Assembly (NCBI RefSeq): GCF_963506605.1 | Contig: NC_083288.1 | Location: 34,348,001-34,412,000 of the forward strand | From: Zootoca vivipara | Lineage: Eukaryota | Direction of reading: 5' to 3' | DNA length: 64,000 bases | Part shown: piece by piece, positions 1 through 12,400 of the stretch | How the letters are laid out: each line of letters opens with the position of its first letter | Numbering within the stretch: position 1 is the first letter of the stretch | The notes under the pieces: model-generated | Told to the model about the DNA's origin: nothing | Database searches by the model: none | The model's input: only the letters and a program-made list of their open reading frames with translations | Position numbers and translations under genes: made by a program

Positions 1-559
1 CAAGCTAAAGTCATGGTACTTCCCCTTCTGCCATGTTTTGAAAGTAAGACAGCTTGGCTGCCCTAACATCTTTATGGAAGTCCATGGAATGGTCACAATT
101 GGAAAACTATGTGCAATTCTGCTAGGCCTCCCCCCCCCCCACCCCAATGTGGTGGCTGATGCCTCATGGGGCAGAAGGCGGGGAGACCAACAGCAGGTGG
201 AATGAGAGCCAACTAATTCTAGGAACACAGGAAGGTGCTTTACGCAGGGTCAGTCCATGGGTGCAGCTACCTACAGTGACTAGCAGCAGCGCTCCGTGGC
301 TTCAGACCAAATTATCTTCCAGCCCCATCTTGAGACACTGGGGATTGAACCTGGGACCTTCTGCATGCAAAACAGAGGCTCTGACAATTGTGCTACAACA
401 TTTGCCCGTTCTAGTTTTGTCCCCATCCAGGGTGCTAGCTTAGGGCAGAATGAGTTTGGCAGGGCAGTGCTCCATTTGCCCTAAAGGACCAGCCTCCATT
501 GCTAGTCCCGTCCTTTAAAAATATCTATTTTAGAGGAGGAAAAGGTGCAAAAAGCCAAA

Positions 560-1100
560 AAATAAAGGAGCTGAAGTACGGTACCTCCTCAATGAGATGA
601 GGCAAAAGTGTTTGGATCCATTTAGTTTAGAAAGAGATGATTGGGGCAAAACAGAAGTTTATAAAGTTATGAATTCTGTGTGGAGAGAGAGAGAAAGAGC
701 GAGATTCTCCCCCTCCTCCCACAATCCTGGAATGCGAATGTCACTTAAATTGATTGGCAATCGATGCGGGATGGATAAAAGAAAATGGCTCTTCACACTA
801 TGCATAATTCATCCCTGAATTTTACTGCCACGAGATGTGGTGCTGGCTGCTGACTTAGATGGCATTGAAAGGAAGATAGATCCATTGAGCACGGGTTTTA
901 ATGCTCTCATTTATCAGCTAATAGCCACAACTGCTAAAGAGAACATCCATCCTCAGAAGCAGTATATCCTCCTCTTGAATTCCTGTTGCTAGAGAGAATG
1001 GTTGCCTTCGCTTCCTGCTTGTGGGCTCTCTTAATGCATCTATCTGGCCGGCCACTGTGGGAAACAGGGTGACAAAAAAACTTTGGACTGATCCTGCTGT
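560..1100 (+). mobile_element. Degenerate CR1-like LINE 3' fragment with adjoining repeat
   Basis: Contains ttagtttagaaagagatgattggggc..gtttataaagttatga..ctcttcacac..gatgtggtgctggc, typical of CR1-type 3' ends. Boundaries are approximate. Confidence 0.5.
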
Positions 1101-1212
1101 CAGGCAGGGGAAAGAGGACGAAAAACAAAAACGAATCAAGAATATCTCTTGTGACAAAGAGGGGTGTTGAACTCCTAACAAATGAGGAACAAGAACCAGA
1201 ACTTATACTGAC

Positions 1213-4200
1213 CAATCAGGCTGCGGTAGCCACGCAGCAAGGAGTTCCGCTGTTCCTGTTCCTCGCTGACCGACTTCCACTGTAGTTTCATGCGGAAGTA
1301 CTCATCTCTGTGGAGACACGTGGGAAGGAAGTTGTTAAGAGAGTTCAGAGGCTTAAATGCTGACCCACAGACTGATCACCTCCTTCCAAACCTCAGTTGC
1401 AGTACTCCTTTGGCTTCCCCATAACCCTGACCCAGACTTACGTTTTCCGCCTCACTTGTGCCTTGTTCTCTTCACTGGTGTTGTCCCATGAGTAATAGCC
1501 CAAAAGGCATTTCCAGGCTTCTTTGCGTGATGACATGTTGAGACCCTGGAAGAGGAGCGTGGGGGGAGAAGGTGAATTAGGCCAAGTGTCAAAGATGTTG
1601 GAAAGGAAACCAACACAACCCCACACTGCATTTATCCCTGGCCCAACAGGGAGTCACTCGCGCTTCTGTACAGATCCCCAATTCCCCCTGCAACAAACAG
1701 CCTCTCGCGCCCTCTCCTCCCCGCAGACCTCACCCCAGCGAAGATCCTTCTGCGCAAGGCAACGGGGTCCCTCACACGCCCATCTGGGTCCAAGTGCTGC
1801 TCCCATTCCTGCTCCGAGACGGGAGCCTCCCGCTGGACAGATGGACGCTCTCCTAGCCGTGCCTGCTGCCAGGGGCAGAAAAGAGGAAGGAATTTTTAAA
1901 AATCCCTGCACTGTTGGAAGGATTGCAGGGAACTTTCTAGGGTGCCTGTCTACGTTTGGGTCTGGACCAGTGGTTCCTAAATGGTGGGATCCACGGAACC
2001 CAGGGAGTCTGCGGAACCTACCCAGGGGGTCCGTGGCACATAATAAAACAACTATCATAACACAACAAAAACTACCACAGAGAGATCAGAATTTTCAAAA
2101 GTAGGGGTCCATGGCTTGGTTTTTGAAAAGCAGGGGGTCCACAGCACTTAGCTAATTGGGAAGAACTGGTCAAGAAGACAAGCAGAAAGCATATCGGATT
2201 GGTGCATGCTGTGGAGGAAGATCAGCAATGGTGAAAAGCTTACTTTTACAAGTTTGCCCACTCTTACTGATCCTCTTGCCTTAGATTCCCCAATAAGCTT
2301 CTGCAGAGCATGAGGGTTCCAAGAACAAATGGGTTGATATCAGAGCATTTTTGAAGCCACATTCTTGGTTCTCTAGCCCTCAGGAATTACCTCGTCAGTT
2401 ACATGTATATTCATGGAAGCTCAAGGCCCTGGATTCTGCTCCAAGGAAAAATGAGGTCAACAGAGGCCTCGCCCCACTCACAAACCCATCACAAACCATC
2501 TAGACGAGGCTAACTGCTTCAACCACCAAGCCTGCCTTGTAATGTTGTAGTGTGGTGGTGGTGGGTGTGGGGTAAGCATGATGCAAATCTCCTTAGGCCT
2601 CTGTGTGAATGGATGGCTTGGTCCTCGCTCGATGGAAAGTGCTTTCTTGCAAAGGGGCTCATGTCCACCCTTCCATCTCTCTGGTATTCACCCCCATTTC
2701 CTTGCTCACACTTCTCCCACAACCGCTCCCAAATAGTCACCTCTGGTGCAATCATAGGCCAGTAGGCGTGAGCGGGTGGCTGGGAGTAAAAGAAGATGGC
2801 CAAAGATTATCTCGGCCTACAGAAAAGCACATACAAACACACATACACTGGGTGCCATTCCTCTCCCCCTCCACCGCCCAACAGTGGAGCTACCTGTTCC
2901 AACACTCACACAGGTGATAACTTCAAAGCCTGTCTCATCCTCAACGTTGGCAGCAGCTGGGTCACCATGGGAATGCTGGATGACGCCGTCCTCATGGTGC
3001 AGAGCCCCACGGAAGAAGTTGGTGACTTTGGAGAAGCCACCGAATGTGGCAGCATAAGGATCCTGCAGGAACCGCTAGGGAAAAAGAAGGTGGCTTAAAA
3101 AAGAAGAAGCCGCATATCACCTTTGGCTTGCTGCCCAATTCTAGCCTTGCTGAATTAAGATTCAATTTGGGTTTCTCAGCTCTGCATCAATAACCGATTT
3201 TCCAGATACAAAACACAACTTTATACCATCACTGCCTTTCTGTTCTAATATAATTTATTCAGAGAAACCCAGGAGTTCCCATAACTCCCTTCTCTAACCA
3301 GTGTCAGCACCTACAACAGACGACAAGTCTCCCTGTTTATAGCTTTTGTCCCCTCCCACATAATCCCACTGCCACAAGTCTTTAGATTTCTCCCACAGAA
3401 CCAGGCCACACAAACACACCCTCTCTGCATTCTAATCCTCTAGAACAGTGGTTCCCAATTAGCGGTCTGCGGACCCCCGACCAGGAGGTCCATGGCACAT
3501 ATCCATCCTGTTTTGGGGAGTCGTGCTCTCATGCGGGTCACATGACTCATGCAGGAGTATGGCCTGGAAGACACACGTCTCCATTTTTGCACTGGGACAT
3601 GTTGGAGGGTATGGTGGCGCCATCCGCATAACAAAACTACCACAGAGATATCAACATTTTCAGAAGTAGGGAGTTCCATGACTTGGCTTTTAAAAAACAA
3701 GGGGTCCGCAGTACTTTGCTAACTGGGAACCACTGAACTAGAACTTAAGTCACAGTTGCAGGGCATTTTGGAGAAGGGCCTCACCGACACAAGGTTGGAA
3801 GAGCTGTCATCGAAGAGTTGAAGCTCATCAAAGGAGTGGGAGAGGGCGTACGAATCATGAGTGTAAACCAAGTAGAGGCGGGAATCTTTGGGGGAGCTGC
3901 AAGGCGAGAAGAGAAACCAGAGTGAGTTTATTGCCTTCCAGACACTGTTAGGTTATCTGAAGGACCACTGGCACCTGGATGAGCTGCAAAATTAGCGAAA
4001 TCAGAGGCCCTCCTTTCAGGTCCATGAGTGAATGAGCACCATGGGCAGGGCCTTTTCAGTGATGGCTCAGCACCTATCACATCCCCACCCTAAGGAGGGC
4101 CTCATCATTGTTGCTTTTAAAAAGCAATTGTGAAAACATCTTACGCCAGTCTGAGCCCAACTAATTTACTGCGATGGTGTTTTTAGTTCAGAACTGAATA

Positions 4201-7200
4201 TTGTATCTATTCTTTTTCTTCTTTAATTTGCAGTGCTGGGGAAATTGCTCCCTGCCTCCAAGTTTGTGCAAACTGACTGCCTCGATCCTGAGTAATGTAG
4301 CCCAGAAGTTGAAGGCTAGTCAGGCAGCGCCTTCCACATCTGACTTAAGAGCTTTCTCTTTACTTCCACCGCCTTATCTTTTGTACACATAAGGAACCCG
4401 GCACCACCCTCACTCACGTGGCTATGATAACATATTTGCAGAGCGCCTTGAGCAGGGCTTTGGTGCCTCCACGGTGGAAGTGCAGGGCTTGAATGGAGAT
4501 GCCGTCTTTGGTGATGAAGATGAGGTATGACCAGCCCAAACCTGGCTTGCTCTTGCGGATGGATTTCAGCTCAGACAAGCTGAGGGAGAAGGCCCACTGA
4601 CCACGTGGGACCGGAGATTTGGGCCCGGAAGCTGCTGGAGAGGGGAAAGCCAAGCACAAATATAGAAGGGATGATGTCAAGAGAACCGGAAAAGAATATC
4701 CCACATTTGCCAGCTACCTCTTCTCCCCTACCACCATCCTGTATCCCTTGTTGCATCTTTACCAGCAATCCCTGTACTATGCCACTTAAGTATACCAAGG
4801 GGCAAGCATCCCCATCCTCATTTTGATTACCATTTGTTTCCTCTTGTGCCCGAGCCCGGGTCCCCACTGTACTGATCACAGCCCAGTCCGGTTCATACCC
4901 CGGATCAAAGATTTCTTCTTCAGTCTGGCAGCCCACTGGGTCCTGGAAAACGGAGAGAGAGATCGGGGCTTTCAGAAACTACCCAATTCCTTACATTTCA
5001 TCATGATCTTCAAGGAGGTGCTCACACAAATTATGAATTCAACGGAATACACTTGGTCTCACTGAGAGGAATTTGAGTGTGGAAGGCATGGAAGGACAGA
5101 CTCCTCTTTAAACAGAAGTGCATGCCTGCCTTTATGAACATTAACAGACCTGAAATTGCCCTGCTCCCTTTCTGCATCACAATGGAGGGGCTACTTCCTA
5201 GGATGAAAAATAAAGGAGAACTCACAGGATTCACTAAACACAATCCTCCTTGTTAGGGGAAAAAATAATGCACTGTTATATGTAAAGAGAATGGGAAACG
5301 GTATAGAAGATCATTCCCCATCCTGAACAAAACCATAAATGAGCATCAAAAGGTATAAGCGCTTCCTTAGGGTGTTCCTGTCTTAAAACATAAGAATCAG
5401 TAATGCTTTGCACATAGAAAGTCTCAGTCCCTGCCATTTCCAGTTAAAAAGATCTAGTGCAGGAGGACCGAGAAAGATCCCTGCCTGATGCTTTGTAGAG
5501 AGCCACCACCAACTGTAGTGGGCACCCTAAGCCAGTTGTTTGACTCAATATAAAGCAGTTTCAAATGTCCAACATTTCTGCTGGTTTAACTATATCACAG
5601 GATACTTTTTCTGTTCTACCATTTCCAGGATTGGCTCTGATCAACAGAGGAGGAAAAGATGGCATCCTTTATAGAAAATAGAACTGCAGAGAACTGGCAT
5701 ATCCTCATCACTTCATTCTCTACGATCCCCCTAGAGAGGGGGTGGGGTGGAGAAAGCAGGAAATAGATCCTTGTGTGCAAATCATAAAGTAGTAAAGGCA
5801 CATTCCTGAATAACATTTGCAGCTTTGTGTCCTGGTTAATGGGAATGAAGCCCAGAACAACTACCTAACTACACCAACTCAAATGGAGGGGCAGTCTCAG
5901 CAGCTGCTCCACAGTCCTACAGCTCTTTCCCCCAGAAACCGATACAAAAATCTACCGTTTTTGAGAGGCTATGGCAATGTGATATGAAAAGAACAAGGAA
6001 ACTAGAACACCAGTTCCCAATACAGGCAAAACTTTTTAATGAATCACTAGTCTAAAGAATGTTTTATTTAGATGATGTTTTGTTACTTAAGTTATTAGGA
6101 CACAATGTGATGAAGATTTAATATACCAGTAGAAGTTTATACCAGCAAGAAAAAGGGCCTCACCTTCTTGGTATATGTAATCTGAGCAGCATCTGATGAC
6201 TCTTCTATGGGTGTCCATTGTAGCAAAGTATCCGAACCCTGAATAAATGGAGAAAGACAGTCTCATGAGAGAGTCTTAAAAAAAGATATCCATAACTGTG
6301 TACATACTTTACTAAAACAATCCAGATGCTGTAACAAAGTAATCTGAATTTGATCACCTAGATTATATAAGTTTAAGGAAAGTTTAATAGCACTACTGAT
6401 TCTCCAAGCCTCAGGGAAGAATAAGAAAGTATGCCAAGCACTAAGGATTGCCACCTCTGTATACCTCTTCTCCTACAAAAGTGACTCATCCCCAATTAGT
6501 GGAAAATCTGTTCAAGCCTACACCCTCTCTATATTCCAAGATGTCACCAGGTACTGCCTACACTTTTCACAATGTCACCAGGCCCAGCTTACAGTTTTTC
6601 AAGCCTACTTCTGAAATCACGAGCACTAGGAACACTCTTTAAAATCAAAGCCCAACGTACTCAGAATGCTGAAATCGATACCGACCAAATTCTACCACCA
6701 CACACCACACGCACATGGCCCTGACCTTTTCCCTATCTTGGGTGCACAACCCTTCCCTCATCCCTTTTCCAACTCCAACCTGTATCCCACCTCAACCAAC
6801 CTTCTCGATTATGCGGATAACCCCCGGGATAAGGGAATCCTGGTCAGGATGACGCTTTGCGCTGGTGTGTAAATAGACACCATCCTTCTCAAATGCAACC
6901 TGGAGGACAGGATAAAAACAGGAGGTCAGCACAAGAAGCAGGTTCACTGGCATCCCCCGCCCACCTCTGTAGAATGCAGATGGGGAAGGGAACCCCTGTC
7001 TCAAATGAAGGCCGCTGCTTTATGGCCCCCCAAAGGACTGCTCAATCACACTAAAGTAAGCGGAAGGGCGACTTTATAAAGACAACTCAGAGCAAGGGCC
7101 TTTTAGGAACTTCCACCCAGGAAGGGGGTCAGATTCCGCTTCTCCCAATTAACTATCCAGCTAAGGGGACGAGAGAGCCGCTCTACCAACCTCCCACTGT

Positions 7201-7371
7201 GCTCAAGAGGAGGAAAGAGACCCTCCCGCTCCGCTCCTGGGGGACAAATGTGAGCTCTCCGAGAGAGGGGAAACCCAACCCTCCCCCCAAGCCTCCCCTT
7301 CTCCGAGGAGCTGGCCAGCCCTGCCCCACTGGGGGGAAGGCCTCCCTCACCCTGCAGCCCCCTAACTCCAT
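1213..7371 (-). CDS. TBC1D17: TBC1 domain family member 17 (Rab GAP), coding exons 1-10; 3' part lies beyond the left edge of the window
   Basis: Exons (minus): 7351-7371 MELGGCR; 6801-6899 VAFEKDGVYLHTSAKRHPDQDSLIPGVIRIIEK; 6164-6238; 4831-4942 (FDPGYEPDWAVISTV); 4418-4634 (WAFSLSLSELKSIRKSKPGLGWSYL..ALHFHRGGT); 3785-3896; 2910-3074 (RFLQDPY..GFEVITC); 1734-1862; 1442-1545 (RKEAWKCLLGYYSW); 1213-1307 (DEYFRMKLQWKSVS). All junctions are GT-AG with consistent phase. Peptides match human TBC1D17 as recalled, and it is head-to-head with AKT1S1 as in human. Confidence 0.95.
1968..2168. mobile_element. Non-autonomous hAT-like element (CAGTGGTTC termini)
   Basis: Imperfect terminal inverted repeats. 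Internal sequence is shared with 3446-3735. TSD is decayed. Confidence 0.6.
3446..3735. mobile_element. Non-autonomous hAT-like element, same family as 1968-2168
   Basis: TIR CAGTGGTTCCCA..TGGGAACCACTG. Flanks ctctagaa / aactagaa match at 6 of 8. Confidence 0.65.
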
Positions 7372-7379
7372 TCTCCCTG

Positions 7380-8701
7380 ACAGCCACTTCCGGAAAAACA
7401 AACCGTCATTTCCTGCTCCATTTGCTCCACCCTCTTGGTTAAGCCGCTTCCCACCCACCCCGGCCGCCATCCTTGTTCCTGGCAGAAAGCGCCTCAGCAA
7501 GGAACGCTTACGGGCGCCACGTCCCTGGACGCTTCTGCCGCCATCTTGGTAGAGGGCAAGGTCGCCGAGAGCCACGGCTTTGCGATCTTTCCCGTCAGTG
7601 GGCAAAAGGCACCAATCGGATTATACCACAAACACTAACGGGAAGGGAAGCTCGTGCATTCAGTCGGGTCAAATAGAAATGTGCTTTTATGCTTAAATAC
7701 GGGGTGTGAACATTTATAACCGAACCGCAATCAATTAGAAAAAACAATTAACGCAACAGCTTATCAAAGACAAGCAAGGAGGGAGGGGAGAGGAAAGTTG
7801 ACGCACCCACCATCTTTATACAGGGCAAGGTACTAAGCGGGAGGGGCAACCGCTTCCTTCCGCGCCCTGTTTCCCGTCGCCTTTATCGAGGAGGCGAACG
7901 GCATTTACGCGTAGAGATAGAAAAAGGGTAGAGCGATGCACACTGCTCGCAGATGTTCATCCACTTCCGGGCCAAACCGGAAGTGCTACGCACATGAAAT
8001 CTCCCCGCGCGAAGTGCAGAGAGATTCTGTTCCGAAGGCACCACGCTGAAAAGCGCCCAAGAAAAAAAAGGATGGGCGGCTTTCCCGTTATTCACAGCCG
8101 TTCAGGCCTGAGTGAAGTTAAATGGCAGCGCCGTTTTCGCAGGGGGGCAGCGCCGAGCCTCCTCCTCCATCCTTGCACGGAGCGCCTCGAAGCCCCCGGT
8201 CCACTTTTAGGAAGGGCGTTGCGTCCAGCAGCGTTGTGCGCTCTCGGCTGCGGTCCTTGCCCTGAGAGCAACCCCCACTGAGCTCAGCAGGGACTGCCTT
8301 AGGAGAAGGCGCGCGTAGGCCGCCGCCGCCGCCGCCTTCCCTAGCCCCGGACGGAACCAGCCCCCCGCCTTCCCAGGAGAGCCCCTCGCTCTCCAGCCTC
8401 CATCTTTGAATCGGGCATGAGAAAAACCTTCAGGCCTTTAAAACGGAGAGAGGGGGGCGCTGCGCTCTTTTAGCTCCGCCATCTTCGTAACGGGAAACGT
8501 GCGGGCGCCTCTCTCATGCCTTGTGAGGGCAGAGGGCGGGGCCTCCGGGAGGAGGAGGAGGAGGCGGTTGTTGTTTGGAGGAGGAGGGGGCCCCATAAGT
8601 GTGTTGGGGAGGGTCAAAGGTGAGAGGTCAGGGTTCCGAGTGGTGGCCCCCGAGGGGGGTGGGGAGGCTTCGGCGGCGGAAGAACTGAGAGGTGCTGGCA
8701 G
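7380..8701. promoter_or_regulatory. CpG-island bidirectional promoter of TBC1D17 and AKT1S1, including the probable AKT1S1 non-coding first exon ending at donor 8701/8702
   Basis: CpG-rich. Inverted ETS/GABP pair CACTTCCGG (7962-7970) and CCGGAAGTG (7977-7985). YY1-type CCGCCATCTT near 7538 and 8476. Donor CAG|gtaatg at 8701/8702. Confidence 0.75.
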
Positions 8702-9406
8702 GTAATGCAACCCTTCCCCCCTCCCTCAGGAGCTCTTCTTGGAAGGGGAGGGGGGAAGGTGTTTGTTTCTGCCTGTTTCTGTCCCCCTTTCTTCCTCCTC
8801 CCGTTAGCGTTGTTTGTCTGGAGATATTGTGTCCTGCCTCCCCCGCCCTCAAAGGGATGAACGTGCGTTTTGCCGTATTGCTGGAGCAGAACCCAGGAGT
8901 CCTGGCTCCCTGTTTCCATCCCTCACTGCGACCCGTTAGAAAGGACCCCACTGTCTACTACCCCCCCAAAAAAGAGAGCCCCAGGGTCTGGGTAGGGGTA
9001 GCCTTTTCTGCTTGCCCTTTTCTGGGGACCCTGGAGACGTTGCTTCTTGACCCTCCCTGCTTAATTGTGCTAGTTTGCCTTCCTTCCCAATGGCAAAAGT
9101 TTGCCCCTGATAGAATAGGCAACAGTTCTCTTTAATAAAAATGATTCTTGTTTCGATACAAATGCTTACAGAAATAGTGGGTAGCAGGTGCTGCTTTAGA
9201 AGAGGCATTACATGCAATTCTCTTCAAATACGGTCCATGCGTGTGGTCAAAAGGAAAGGTTGTTGGGTTGCCTCTCAAGTACTGTTTCATCCATATAACT
9301 TAAGCCAATTTAATATTTCAGTCAACTAAAGCCCTTAACGTTTGCCCAGCTGCTATTTCCATAACATTAACGTGTGTACCCCTTCTCTTTTTTGTTTGCC
9401 TGTAGG

Positions 9407-12400
9407 ATGACGAACATGGCGGATAACCACAAGGAGAGCTGGGCGGCCCTGGTTGCTGCAGCAGAACAGTACCGGCGTCAGACAGGCAATGAGATAGTGC
9501 TGCTCACCGCCTTCAGGGCCCCACCCCCTGGTGGCTTCAGCTACGCACAGCATGGAAGTGGGGCCCTGGCTGATGCCGTTCAACGCTACCTCGAAGATAT
9601 CGCGGTGGTTCACAAGACCACTGCCTTTACCTATGCTGCCCGTCCTCCTTCTGCCCCTCGCCCAGGTCCCACCAACGGGTCTTACTCCAGGAGCTGCCCC
9701 TCTACCAATGCTTCAGATGAGCCTGCCCCACACAGGACACCTACCCCCCAGGGGCCCTTGCCCCAGGCTTCTGGAGGCCAGGAGCCCGAAGAGGATGACG
9801 ATGAAGGAGACAGGAACACATTGACAGAATTGGAGCAGCCAGGTGGGAGAGAGCATCCCAGTGACACCACTGGTACGTCTATGTGCAGTCGGTGGTTTGT
9901 TTGTGGGGAAAATATATTTATCTCCTTAAAATGCTTACAGTGGCTGATAGTAGCATCATTGAAATGCTGTATAATCACTAAAAATGGGGAGTGATAGGCA
10001 ACATCTTAACAAATAAAGCAGCCAGAAATAAATTCATTAAGGCAACATTCACACCATACATTTAAAGCACAATGATACCATTGAAACAGTTGTGGCTTCC
10101 CCCAAAGAATTCTGGGAGCTGTAGTTTGTTAAGGGTGCTGAGAGTTGTTGGGAGACCCCACTCCTCCCCCAGAGCTTAAAAATCTTAGTGGTTTAAGAAT
10201 CGACCCCTCTCCCCAGGGAACTCTGTGAATTGTAGGTCTGTGAGAAGAGGAGGGGTTTCTTAACAACTCTCAATTGTTACCCTTAAGCTCCCTTTAGTAT
10301 CGTAGTGCTTTAAATATATGGTGTCAATGTGTCCTACATTATTCCTGCCTCCCAGGAGCTGCTGCTAGGACTCTCCCTTCTCAAGTAGCCTGGAGCATTC
10401 TCTGCTGTGGATGTGTCCCCAGAGGAAGCCACCAGACCTCTTTCAATTCAGGAAGGCAAGCTTTGCAGCACTAACGCTCACCTGAATCAGTCCGCATAGG
10501 ATAATGCTTTGTTCAAAGCCATTATTATTATTATTATTATTATTATTACACCCTCAACAAGGGCTTGTTCAATGCATGAGGTTCGTCCATAGCAATATCA
10601 ACATTTCCTTTTGTGGAAAACTGCTGAAAGTGTGCCTTTAACTCCTAGAAACGGTGTTTCTTTCTTCACCGCAAAATCCTGAGTATTTTGCCTGTTCTAG
10701 TCAGGATGCACTAGTCTTGTTCAGAGCACAGATAATAAACAGAGATAATGAGCTGAAATTTTGGTGTGTGTGGCTTTCTCATTGAATCTGCTTCTTCCAA
10801 AGTGATGCTTTCTTCACTCCTGTTGGATGTTTCCTGACACCTTGTATGCAGTAGTTGGGTCTCAAGCTCTACAAGTATCTGTAGGGTGCTGCTTTTGCCA
10901 GCTGAATAGGAGACACCCCTTTCTCAGAAACTCAACTTTGGATAATGCTTTTTTCCAGATCAGAATCCATATCCAGGCACACAGCACATCACCATCCTTG
11001 CCTGCCCAAAGGGGAGAGGAGCTCTTCACCATTTTAGCACTACTTGAAAGTATAATTTTCGACTCTTTAAATCTGTCCCCTAAAGAGTTGCAACATAGCC
11101 CCTAGCTCACAACCTAGAAACAAAAGTGTTGCAAAGTGGTGTTTATGGTGATAGAACTTGCGGAATCGACCACTTTAGTGAGAGTGGTGGTTTGATGTGA
11201 ACATAAATAACAGAAAAAGACCCTGTGTGAGAGACAGGGAAGGGAAGATCTCCCAGGGTGGGAGCCTGGAAGATGAATGGGATGCTCCCAGGTGAAAGCT
11301 GGGATGGTCCATTTGCTTTTGTGTGAGACTGGTTAAGATCTACCCCTGATAGAGGGCTTTGTATTCCCACCCACCCCTACCCCTTCCACTTTTTCCTTTT
11401 TACTATTTAGAATAGTTTGTTTTTTATTGTATTGTACTGTATGCTGAAAAGTTTTGATAAAAAAACAAAAAAACACAAACACACCACCTACCAATACCCA
11501 TTGATAGCTTTATCCTCCATGAATTTATCTAAGCCCCTTTTAAAGCCGTTAAAGTTTGGTGCCACTATTACATCCTGTAATAGTGAATCCCATCATTTTA
11601 ACTGTGCTGGTCCAGTTGCCGTCCCAGAAAGCTGGGCTGCTGATGTACATTGCGATCAGATGTTATCGCAGAAAAATACGATTTCCGTGTAACGTTGCTT
11701 CTGTGCTCCTTAAGGAAATGTAGCAAAACTGACTTTCAGGTTTCCAGGCTCTGTCCCAGCTCCCGTTTTAGCTTATATTTTGATGTGGAAATAATGAGAA
11801 ATGCGATATTTTCCAGAGACTGAACACAAATGCATTGTCCTTTAATCTGTAGCTCTTGGCACTGAAAAGAACAACCCCTCTCCCACTCTCCCTCCGGTAC
11901 ATTCTTAAATCGGAAATGCTTTTTTTAAAACTTTCACCTCCTCATCTGGTGAGGAGTTCCATACAGGTATATGATGATAAAATTGGCCACTGACCCAGGT
12001 TGCTTTAAAAGAGGCTTGTACAAATTCATAGTCGTGCTATAGTCCATGGGGTCACGAAGAGTCGGACACGACTAAACAACAACAAATTCATGGAGGAGAG
12101 GGCTCTCAATGGCTATGATCCATGCTGTCTATTCTCTGCCTCCACAGCTGGAGATAGTAATGCTTCTGAAAACCGGTAGCTGGAAACCACAGTGTGGGAG
12201 TGGTCTCCTGTGCTTGTAGGTTTCCCACAGGGCATCTGGTTGGCCACTCTTGGGAGCAGAATGCTGGGTTAGAGGGGCCATTGACCTGATCGAGTGGATT
12301 CTTCTTAGTTTTTAAAGTTGTCACAGGAAGGGGAAGATGCTTTGCTTACAGTTACCACTAGCATCTCTCAGTTGAGAGATGGAACTTGAAGCAAAATATA

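Noticed and set aside
1523-2104. 193-aa plus-strand ORF
   Set aside because: It is the antisense shadow of TBC1D17 exons running into a transposon.
10356-10454. Possible extra AKT1S1 exon (cccag|GAGCTG..GAAG|gcaag)
   Set aside because: It needs a GC donor, has no counterpart in PRAS40 as I recall it, and the flanking exons already join in frame without it.
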